Shown here piece after piece: positions 53,150-64,000 of a stretch of 64,000 bases of DNA (position 1 is its first letter; each line of letters opens with the position of its first letter). The notes below the pieces were generated by a model that did no database searches, was not told the DNA's origin, and saw only the letters and a list, made by a program, of their open reading frames with translations. The position numbers and the translations under genes were made by a program. Source of the DNA: Marsupella aquatica (taxonomy: Eukaryota; Plantae; Marchantiophyta); contig OZ316891.1 of the NCBI GenBank assembly GCA_973895155.1, positions 14,105,037-14,169,036 of the forward strand. The letters are read 5' to 3'.

Positions 53150-53490
53150 CAACAATTTCTTTTAAACAACAATGTCTTTTCCTTCATGACATCTTTGTGC
53201 AGTAACGTCTTTTATGCAACATTTTTCACGCTATGAAATCCTAAACACAACAATCTCTTTTGTGGAACTATCTCTTTTGTTGCACTACATCTTTTACACA
53301 AGTATCTCTTTTGTCAAACAACTTTTGTTATGTGATAACATCTTTTCCTCCACGACATGAATAATATCTTTTTTGCAACAAATTCTTTTATGCAATGAAA
53401 TCTTTTGTGCAACACATTTTTACACATCGACATCCTTGCATAATAACATCTTATACATTGACATCTTTTATACCACACCATCTTTTGTGC
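53150..53490 (+). repeat. Degenerate ~20-bp tandem repeat (ATCTTTT..TGCAACAA), echoed at ~54530-54620
   Basis: Repeated TCTTTT(A/G)TGCAACA(A/T) units. Confidence 0.5.
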
Positions 53491-55484
53491 ACTACACGAG
53501 GGTCCTCCTTTCTTAGTAGGGTACAAAATGTACAAAAGATGTTGTAATGTCCACTATAATACGAGGTCCCGCCTTTATTCAGAGTTGTCATCAATCTTAC
53601 AATTTTAGTATTTTCCGTGCCAAGAAAATCAGGGAAGCCAAGCTAGTTGGGAAGAGAAAATACGTGAAATAAAGGCAATCCACAAAACAAGTCACGACAA
53701 AAGGTGGAAGGGGAGGAAGAATCCTAGCTTCTTGATCCTCCCCTCTCCTCTCCATTTGATCTTCCCTTGATCCTCCCCATTGTCCTTGCCAATACATTCC
53801 CTGGTCCAGTATCCCTGGTCACTGTACTTCTCTATACTTGCCCCAGCCCCAGTGTACTTGCCCCTTTTATTTTACACGTAGTTCACACAATTTTCCCGTT
53901 TTTTTGCACCTTTGCTAAGCGCAAACAGGCCTGAACTCATTCCACTAAATGATAACTGTATAAGTGCAAACCCTTAATAAGTACATTTTGTACTCTATAA
54001 TAAAGGTTGTACACTTACCAATAAGTGCACAACCCCATGATATTGCATTTACTACTAGTTGCACATGTTTTCTTAGAAGAGTAAAGCTTGCACTTATAGA
54101 TTTGGGCACCAAATTTAGTACAGGGATGTACATTTTTGTACTAGTCACATGCTCACTGACGGAGGGACCACTTATTGATATGTGCAAGTTTTAGGGGGTT
54201 TGTACTTATTGAGGAATGAAAAACTGGTCTAGTGCACACTGGATCCGTCTTTGCAAGAGTGTGCACTTAGAGAGTAAATTGCATATGCCATGCAATGAAA
54301 GTACAGTGCATGTCCTCATATATGTACTTGCCCCTCCCAAGATACTTGGACTAGATGAGTACACTTGGCAAAAATGAGTATGTTTTTGAATGAAATAGGA
54401 ACAGGCTGAGGGCCAAAACTGAAGATCTCATCATGTGTATTGCCTAAATTTTTTAATGTTGGCTATGTTTTCTTCCCGACTTTCTTTCACTTTGTACATT
54501 TTTATCTCTGCCGTGTAAAATTGCTATTCTTACAATGATGTCTTTGGTGCAATAATATCTTTTCAACATCTTTTGCGCAACAATACATTTTTGGCAAATG
54601 ACATATTCTGTGCAACAAGCGCGGGTATGGAGCTAGTAATACAATAATAGGGCATTTAACAACTAAATATGGAAACTTTACTCATTTTCCAAGACACTAG
54701 TTCAGAAGATGTAGGGCATTGAGAGGAAACAAATGGGTCCATGCAGTGCTCATTGTAGTAGTGAACCCATGCTCAGCTAACTTTAGTAAGAATGATTCAG
54801 CCAACTTTAGGAGTGGACCCATGGTTGGTTTACTTTAGTAGTGGAACCATGATAACCAACTTTAGCATGCATGGATGCTTGGTTAATATAAGCATTATCT
54901 TTGTTTGGCTAGTTTAGTTAGTGAACATACGCTTAACTAATTTTAACATCGGTTGACCCCATGGTCGAAATTCAAAGAGATCTATAGTAAGTTAGCAATG
55001 ATTGGCTTCGCAATGAACCACCAGCTAACTCAGAATGGAGGGTAACTATAATTGTCCTCATGAAAGTTGAAGGCATGAGGTCCAAATCTACCCACATAGG
55101 CATCCAGAATTTGCTGGACTAGTCTTATTGCAGCAAGTGAGGTTCTTAGTTCAAGCTTCCTAAGTTGACCTGCCTTTGCACAAAACCTTGTCTCAGGTGT
55201 GGTTCACTAAAGTCCTTTGGTGACAAAACACTTGACACTTACAAAAATTGAGACAAGTATTGGAGCTCGCATTCTTATTTTAATTCCAAGCAAGATTTCT
55301 CTCTTTGTAATTTTCAGGGCATTATTGGAGAAGAATGCACACTCAAAATTTGGATCACCTCATTATGATAATTCTGTTGTGCTCTTACTAAAACTATTAA
55401 AGACAAAAAACCTCTTCGCACTTAGATGTATTGAGGTCCTATTACCAGAGCATTGTTGATAACAATAACTCCTCAAAACTTAAG

Positions 55485-55755
55485 CTGAAGCTCTGGTTTT
55501 TCATGCCCTTGAAACATAACTTTACTATATCTAACTAATAAAGGGCGATCAAAAGCTACATCCTGGGACTACTGTCTAGAGTGAAGCTCTGGTTTTTAAA
55601 GCCCTTAAATACAACTTTACGATATGCAAACTAACAAAGCGAGCTAGAGAGCACGACTACTGTCTAGAGTGAAGCCTAGATTGGAACTCTAAGTGAGAGC
55701 ATAACCTACTGTCTAGAGTGAAGCCTCTAGATGTGAACTCTAAGTGAGAGCATAA
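55485..55755 (+). repeat. Nested short tandem duplications (CTACTGTCTAGAGTGAAGC x3)
   Basis: Unit at ~55569, ~55657 and ~55706; two copies followed by GAACTCTAAGTGAGAGCATAA. Confidence 0.65.
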
Positions 55756-56162
55756 GAGCATCTCCAACGTTGCTCTCTGTTGGGCCCGCTACTTTCAGGA
55801 GTTTGCCTCAACTTTCCCCGAAACCCTTCCACACCGGTACCTCCATCCGATAAATTATTACGGCGACCGCAATAAATTTGACCTTGCAACCTCCAGTTTC
55901 TGTGAGAAAGGCGGTTAACATACAGTGCTCCTAACCTGAAAATAGATCAACAGTGATGAAGCCAGCATGCAACAACAGCAGGCGGAATCCCGATGACCTG
56001 ATCAAAAACCTGTCTCGTGGGATTGAGAAGGCGGTTGATTTTAGGCAAGATGGGTAGGGTTCTACAAGCTTTCAGGCTATGGACTTTGGCGGGTGCCATC
56101 TGTGGCTGCAAACAGACCTGTTTAATTAGAGGTTTGCGGCCACAGCTAGGCCGGAGATGCTC
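55756..56162. mobile_element. Tourist-like (PIF/Harbinger) MITE, 407 bp, upstream of the guanylate kinase gene
   Basis: TIR GAGCATCTCC...GGAGATGCTC with TAA on both sides (55753-55755, 56163-56165). Confidence 0.72.
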
Positions 56163-56725
56163 TAATGGAAAGTGAGGGTGCATACCAAAAACAATTAATG
56201 GGGCAAAATTGAAAATGGAAACAAGGGCAATCATTTCTTTGTGTACTCTCTATTTATATTCAAGGCAAGGTGCTCACGCTAGTACACTCAAATGGAAAAG
56301 TGGAGGGCACTTTTTTATCACCTACGTCGAACCGGGCAACATCTAAGCGTGGGTCCCAAGTGTTCTAATAATAAATGAGTTGAACCCTCACCTGAAAGGT
56401 AATCTGGGCCTGGTTGTCGTAACGAGGACAGCCTACAGTTCTATTATTTATTTCCAGTACTCTGTACCAAGTCTAACAATTTTCGTCCGGTGACAGAGTC
56501 GCTGCCGTCTCTCAGTGTCTGGGATTCGTTCTGTACTGTACATCCTCTTGTCATCATCTTTGTCTCTGTCCCCTGGGAGACGAGAAATTTTAGATCTGTG
56601 ATTCTCTGTGAGATCTTGGAGAGAAGGTATACAGACGGACTTCAATCGGAAGCAGTTTAGTCGTTTAGACTTGCAGGTGGATACGTAGGCCGACAGAGAG
56701 GGAGAGCATACAGAGACAGAGAACA

Positions 56726-59700
56726 ATGGGACTGAAAGACAAAGAATGGATCAAGGTGGTCACGCTCACAACGACTGTGGCCGCTGCGGGTGTTTCCCTG
56801 GCAGCGTGGAAGGTCAGTTTGGTTGGTGTATCTATGAATGAGTAAATGCTTGCTTTGGTCTTGCCATTGCACTTTTCTTTGCTCGGTTCGCATGCGGCGG
56901 ATGGAATGGGGATGATTTGGTTTGATTTGATTTGATGAGAGGCTGAAATTTCCAAGGGTGGACGCCTAGTATGTGATGATTATTATTGCATTTCAGACCC
57001 ACTCTCTGACGAATCCAAAGTGGCTTGATTGACGCTCTACTTGGTGGGAATCGATTGGATCTCTTCAATTGAGTGCGTGATTGTCATTTGGTCCGTTTTC
57101 GACCGAAGATTTGCAATGTTTGGAGAAGTTAATCGTTCTGGGTTTGTTGATATGCCAGATCTACGTGAAGCAGTGGCTGAAGGGAGGCCATAGAGACCTA
57201 CTCTATTCCTTAGCATATGCCGGTTCTCGTCGTTCATTGCCGGCTCGTTTCGATCATTCCCTGAGCGCTATCCACACAGAAGGTTCAAAGTATCCAAAGG
57301 TGCTAAGAACGCAAAGTTGCCCTATTTCCTCCTCAGATCTAATGTCTGGGTGTTGTGTCAATCGTATGTGAGTTCAAAGCAAAGTCATTGGTCCTATTTT
57401 GCTCTTTCAGTCATTCCCAGCCACCAATCCAAAGTCATCGAGTGCAACGGAGCTCTCACTGTAGAGCAAGGTGAACTTTTCAACGTCGTATATTACTTGA
57501 TTTCAATTCCATTTACCCACAACAAATTCGTTCCGTTTCTCGACAGGTTTACTCTGTAGGAGGACATGGGACTTCCTCAGAGTATATGGAGGTGTGGGTT
57601 CTTGATCCTGCCCTGCGTGGATGGACAGAAGTTCTTCCTGCTGCTAATGCTGATACCAAGCAAGCCGTATTTGCCAACAGGAGATGTCATGCAGCAGCCG
57701 GTACTGAAGATCTGGCCGACATTTATAATTCTTCATAGTACATTACAAGTTTTTACTTTAGAACTGCAGATTCTCAAGTTTAGAAGGTAATTGATCATAA
57801 ATTTGAAATGAGGTAGAAAGTCCATGACATCTAATGATGGGTATATTTTTTACTTCTATGTTAAAATTTTGTGAAATAACGAAGATTAGCTATACTGCTC
57901 GGATCGCAAATTCTGACGATTTCTCGAACTCCCGTGGTACTTTTCTCTTAGGTATTGGAAGCGACATATACGTGATCGGAGGCATTACAAATAAAACTGT
58001 GGTAATATACAGTTCTGCATTCGTATTGTTGCCAGTCGGTCAAGTTGTTCATTCTGGCTCTATACGAGAGAGTGCTATAAGGTGTCAGTTCTTACTATGT
58101 CACTCGCACGTGAAGTTAGTTTCAATGACATACGTATCCTTCTGAGTTTTCAGCAACAAAAGCCTGCCTTAGGTGGAATCGAGGGGTTTTCACCGAATCT
58201 GAAAATCATATGATCTTTGAAGTTGTATGTTCAAAATGGTTTTGTTGGCCTGGCATCTTGAAATGAATCTTCGCTGCAAGTCCTTATATTTCAGTTCACT
58301 TGAGGTTTTCAGAAGACTTAATGATCGATGTGCATCTTCCACTAGGGTGATGTATTAAAATTCGATACGGAGAAACAAAGGTGGAGCACTCCGTCTTTCA
58401 CAGGGTATCTTCCCCAACCTCGGTCAGGGCACTCTGCCACAGTTGTTGGCAAGAAAGTTGTAGGTGACAAACTTCATATCCTTGAAAGCTCACTAGTGTG
58501 CAGATTGCCTAGGGTGGATTTTCAGCTGAATAGAACAATGGAATCCATGCCTAAGCTGAGTTGCTCTGGATTAGTAATCGTGCAGTAAGTCGTGACCTCA
58601 TACTGTTTGTTCACGTGAACCAGTACGTGTTTGGTGGGCAAGGAGAAGACTCAGCTCTAAATGATGTCAACATCCTTGACACAGACAAGGGATCATGGTG
58701 AGTGTTCTTCAAGTGCTTTAGAATGCGTCATTTGTATTGTGTGCGATTTCTATTCTTTGTTCCATTAGTTGTGGATGGTTTCTCTGCACGCCGTTTATGT
58801 GCAAATCTCTACTGGAGATAGTCTACAATTAGAAACTGCTGGGCGAGAGTAGTGTGATAGCTTATCCACGCTATTCAGTGGAAAGAATAGTTTCCTTGAA
58901 GCAGTCCCTTCGCATAGAGTAGTGCAGTAGGAGATGGTCGACGGCCAATCCTTTGACTTTGAAACAGGGCTAAAGTTATCAAAACTGAACTGTTTTGCGC
59001 ACTGTTTCCTTTCTCAGGACAACTCCCGCTGTGTTGGGATTTCCCCCAGCACCCCGTTTTACTCACTCTGCTGTACTTCTTGAAGATGGCGAACGTATTT
59101 TGATATATGGGGGTCATACAAACACTGCTGAAAGTGATATATGGTTTCTTGAAGTAATTTTCTGCCTTTCCTTTGGACAGTGTTGCATGAATTTTTAAAG
59201 AACACCTACGGATTTCATACCCGCCTGATGGTACGGGTTGTGGATCATGAGTTCCCCCCGTGTTTTTTTTTTGTTTTTTGTTTTGTTTTTGAGGGGGGGG
59301 GGGCATGGATAGAAGCGTTGGTAGTCGCTCGACAGTACCAACCAGTTTAAAATCTACTTAATTTTCTAGGTTAGAATTATCCGTTGTTGGAAGGCTCACT
59401 TCTAATGTGTCCTCGCAATGATTTTGTGAATTATTGAGCTGATCATTGCTTAGTCTGTGCGGGGAAACAGCTCTACAAGCTGAGATTAGATATTGTTTAC
59501 AGTTATTGCAGGTTCTCCCGTCCAATCATAATCTCACACTAGTGAATATCAATTGCAGATTGCCACGACCTATGTCAAGAACCAACGGGAGCTGTTAGGA
59601 AAAGAGGTTGTCGCATGGAGCAAAGGTTCAATCGGTAAGAGTCCACAGCCGGTTGTCATCTGCGGCCCCTCAGGTGTAGGTAAAGGCACACTTATAGCAA

Positions 59701-61446
59701 AACTCATGAAAGAATACCCAAATCAGTTTGGATTTTCTGTAAGCCATACCACTCGCAAACCAAGAAATTTGGAACAGGACGGTGTGCACTATCATTTCAC
59801 CCAACGTGCCGCTATGGAAAAGGATGTTAGGGAGGGTAAGTTTCTGGAGTCAGCAGATGTCCATGGAAACCTCTATGGAACAAGTATTGCAGCAGTACAG
59901 GCTGTGGCTGATGCGGGAAAGGTAACAAGCCTTTTGCGTTGTTCGTTTTTTCAAATAAAAACAGAAAGACATTGAAGAGTAAATTCTCTTAGTTTTTCAA
60001 TATCCTTTGGTTAACGTTCCTTGACGTTTTAGTGCTCTTAATTAATATAGATCCTAACCTCCTTTGCATAGACATGGGATGATTGTTCTTGTTATCTTCT
60101 GTGCTGTAGTCAAGTAATGTAAATAGAGTGTAGTCAGTGTCTTTTTGTGAATATCTTTCCTTTTGATGGCCCTAATTGAAACTGCTCCCCTTTCCTTGCA
60201 GAGATGTATTCTTGATATTGATGTACAAGGGGCTGAGCTCGTGAAAAAGAGTACATTGGATGCATTATTTATCTTCATAAGTCCACCAACTTTTCAAGAA
60301 CTTGAAGCAAGGCTACGCGGAAGGTGGGTACAATTGTGACACTCAAATATTTGTATTGTTTGTTGTAAATGAAATCGTTTTTGAGCAATCACTAATTTTT
60401 CGTCTCATATGCAGAGGCACTGAAAACGAAGAACAGGTCCAAAAGAGGCTACAAAATGCAAAAGCAGAGATGGATCGGAGCAGTGATGCCACTCTCTTCG
60501 ACCACTTATTGGTCAATGATAAGATCGATGATACTTACGATCAGCTGAAGGCAAGAGACCCTCCTGTTTATCGTTCTTTTGAGGACCAAATGTTGGAATT
60601 TTGCTGTGTGGTATTGATCCTCTGCTTTTTCCTGTTGCAGAAAATACTGGGCTTCGGAACTGAAGCTTTGGAAAATGGAGTATACGGACTCGGTATGACT
60701 TCCTGCCGCAGTTTTATCTGTATTGCAGTAAGAAAAAGTGTCTCTTTCAACAGAGTACATGAAAGATCAATTGATTTAAATGCCCGAGAGGGAGGTTATC
60801 AAGTTAAGTTGAGCTTAGAGGAGCGACCAAATATTTGAAACTAATTGGGATTCATACTAAGTACTATTAGAATCTGTTATGGCTTGTCTATTTTTCAGAA
60901 GAAATGATACCAGAAGCAAGATCAGGCCATTCTTCAACAATTTTAGAATCCAAGGTCGTTGTCTATGGCGGTCTCACGAGTGCAGGAACGCCAAGCAACG
61001 ATTTGTAATGCCTCCACCTTCTTCCTTATTTAAACTTTGCGCCGCCGCTACACCTACTGAAGTGTTGGTCCGTTACGTTTTAATTATCACCTATGACGGT
61101 TGTGCTAATGTGGACTGATCAGGCAATGTGCATGTAAGTACTTGATACGTCGGCTAACTCCTAACTTCACTGATGGAGGGTCGATCTTGCAACTTGCAGA
61201 TTGGCCCTTGATACTTCAAGACTTACCAGTGGTGCTCCTACGACAACCAGAGGATTGTTTTGGTCACGTCCTGAGCCAAAGTTTGACCTTTGGAAATACT
61301 TGAACCTCTCACCGTCCCTTTCTCCAATGTACAAGCACAGAGCGGTTCCGCTAAGTTCAACAGAAATGCTTTTGACTGGAGGATATGATGACGAGCAAGC
61401 TCTGAATGATAGCATAGTCTTGAAGTTAAGCAACGAATCGTACTGA
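56726..61446 (+). CDS. Guanylate kinase with Kelch repeats (plant cytosolic-type GK), 13 exons, ~593 aa
   Basis: Exons 56726-56812, 57159-57299, 57547-57700, 57952-58001, 58346-58459, 58624-58697, 59018-59153, 59559-59921, 60202-60323, 60415-60550, 60641-60692, 60899-61004, 61200-61446 total 1782 nt. GK motifs [36 protein letters not shown]; Kelch motifs PRSGHSA, YVFGG, PRFTHSA. The first two exons are less certain. Confidence 0.9.
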
Positions 61447-64000
61447 GTAGAGTTGCGTGAGTTCCTCAAACTTTAAAAGGTATAGAGACCTTTCCATTGA
61501 TTGCAGCAATTGTGCTGCCGGCATAGAAATAACCGTCAATGCAAGTGTTGGATAGTTTGCATTGATGCTTGGCAATTGTTTGAAGAGGAGAGACTCGTGG
61601 GAGAATTTCCTTCCAAGTCAGTTTGACGAAGAGGTCAGGATGTTAGGTGTACCACCCCTACTAGAAGCCGCAGCAAATATTAAGTTGCTGGCGTCTTTGG
61701 GAAACATCTCAGCCTGATTTTCCATTTACAGCCAAGAGATTTATATGACCATTGAAACTACATTTATTGGAGAACATACAAGCTAGAGTGTTCTACCACC
61801 TAAAGAGCCAGATAAGTATTAGGAGTACTGTGACGTTCATAGTTGACTAAGACTGGTACGACTGGTAACCACGTGGTCTTGTTTGAAGAGGCATTTATCC
61901 TCTGGGCCATGATTGAACAGACAGTTTCTCTTATTTTGAGCTTTGCTCACTCTAATAAATCTCTGTCACGTATACATGTTCAACATTAACTCTACGCTAC
62001 AGCATTACTGGTGTGCGCGCACCAATGTCAGATGAAACTAAGTGACAGTCAGGACATCGTGAACAGCCGCTCGTCTAATATATGTGTTTTATGCAACTCT
62101 TTGAAGGTTCGGATTTTGGAATCGGATCCATTGGCCCTTATATGCGGTCACAGGTTGTGCTATATATCATATATCAGTCCATAACAAGTGACGAGTTGTG
62201 ATCTGGGTTATGTTTCTGATTCTGATTTGAATTGCGTCATCATTTCTGGTATCTCTTATCAAGAGTTGTAAAGTACCGTCTTGCTGAGGTGTGATAGTTT
62301 TTTCGGGACAAATGGCTGCGTAAATACCTCTGAAACGATGTATTTCGGTCAATCATCTGGACCTGCATGAAAGAAAGTACACAAGATAACGTACCTACTG
62401 GTCCACCATGTCTCCTCTCCTTCAGCGGACTTCACAGCGAGCCAATGAGGTTAACGCAAATCATAAGCTCGATCTTAAGATTAAAGGAATAATATTATGT
62501 TCTTTACGGGAGGGTCAGATAGTACGTAAGAAAACGAAATTATCTCATGGACCAGTATGCTATTGTTGCAGATGCCATTCAAAGCATCTGTGGTATTTTT
62601 TTCAAACATTTGATGCTGAAATTGGCTTTACATGTGTTGGTGGTTTCCGTATAGGAGAATAGTCTTTGGACTATCAATGTGTCTCAAAGGGAGCTGTAGT
62701 TGGACATGGTTTATATTGTGCCTTGGAAGGCTGTGACATACTCACACGGGGGTTAAATTCCCCAAGAGAGTAAATTATGTCTTAGTTTCTAGTGTCACCT
62801 ATTCAAGTTACCATTCGTTTAGTCATCTGAGTGTGTTGCTAAACTTTGGGATTAGCCGGTGGATTTATTTTTAACCAGAGACTATTAGCCACTTGGTTCC
62901 AATCCAAAGCACATGCACAAACTTTCCTTACTCCCTAGGCCAGTGAGTAGAGAGCCACCTTGACTAATTCTTAAAATACAAAGCTCACATGCACTAAGTT
63001 TCCATACTCCATAGGCCAGGCCGGTAGGAAACCACCTTGGCTAATTTTTAAAAATAAAAACATGGATGCTTGGACCCGTTCCCGTCAGCCACGTCCAGGA
63101 AAGGGACGGAAGGGATGGGAGAGGGTCCCATCGAGCTCTGATGGGAAATGGGAACATCCGGACAGGACGTAGAGCAAACAGGCAGTCGACGACCAAGTCG
63201 AAGGCAGAGAGAATTGATACCCCTCGGATCCCAATCCCGATCCTGACCCCCCTCAGAGCACTTGCGCTGCCAGTACCGACGATGAATCAGAGATTCTGTG
63301 GAGTGCAGCATCTCGTCGTCGTCGTTGAATGCGTAGGCAGGTTTCTCGTCGTTGCCCCCCACCGTCAACACCACCCGACCCCAGCCCATTCCGTTGCATC
63401 CGGCTTGCGTGTTTTCTGTACCGCGTTGTCGTCGTCGTGCACATTTCACAGCGTGTCGGGTTTGGCATTGCATCTCATCTCATCTCATCCCATCTCATCT
63501 GCAGTGAGTGGCGCTTGCCAATCTAGATTGTAGATCGGCGCAGTACGTCTCGCTTTGAGTTGCGTTGCGTTGCGTTGCGGTGCGGTGTGGGAGCTGAATT
63601 GCAAGCAGGCACGGTAAGCAGAGGAGGGATAGTCTGTCTCGCTGATGTGCGTGGAGTTTGGGGTTTACATGTGTGACGAGAGGCTTTGAGCGCGTGACGG
63701 GATCGTTATCTAGCGTTCAGAAGGGAATCTAGTTACTAGTGTATCTAGGTACGAAGAAGAGTTTACAGAGGTGGGGGTTGTCATTGAGGTAGTAGAGAAC
63801 TGGCGAAGAGATCTGAGGTGCGCTGGTTTGTGTAATTGTGTGGGTCATTGGGACGACGCCGGCGTCAAGGTTCCTTCGTTCGTGCAGGAAACTGCGGATA
63901 CAGTAATTGAAGCTGCGAAGGGAATCAAACAAGCAAGCGTGAGAGGAGCAGTCGTTGCTCGTCTGTGCTCACATACCTACGAGGGAGGATTGTGGTGGTG

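Noticed and set aside
53925-54410. Possible MITE rich in GTAC/GTGCAC words
   Set aside because: Terminal inverted similarity too weak and no convincing TSD.
57566-57790. [14 protein letters not shown].. as the start of the guanylate kinase
   Set aside because: The Kelch-like sequence ([15 protein letters not shown]) is in a different frame and splices in phase with the neighbouring exons.
63048-64000. ORFs of 65-155 aa at the window end
   Set aside because: Microsatellite-rich (GTTGC, CATCT, GTC) sequence resembling a promoter or 5' UTR of a gene beyond the window; no recognisable protein.

Overview
Intron-rich land-plant nuclear DNA; the gene style and TE families suggest a bryophyte (inference). 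It holds three host genes: a FOLT1-type mitochondrial-carrier-family folate transporter (+, 24276-28735), SURF1 (-, 30716-33410) and a Kelch-repeat guanylate kinase (+, 56726-61446). Around them are a young Ty1/copia element (6542-13036) inserted in a decayed RLE/CRE-like non-LTR element, two Tourist-like MITEs, and an older copia element (37956-52253, -) carrying a solo LTR and a ~9.15 kb Mutator-like element (~41677-50831, 9-bp TSD CCCTCCAAG). That MULE is the highlight. Besides a GCM/WRKY-like transposase, it carries a divergently oriented 5-exon gene reconstructed as a ~1230-aa protein with an N-terminal ParB/Srx-like domain (DGNH[R]) and a C-terminal beta-class N6A/N4C DNA-methyltransferase-like domain. 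Its non-coding parts (promoter, introns, subterminal regions) carry 13 copies of a 15-bp palindrome, TAGCGCCNGGCGCTA. This looks like a transposon-encoded, site-directed epigenetic or anti-silencing module (hypothesis). All coordinates and exon models were read by eye.
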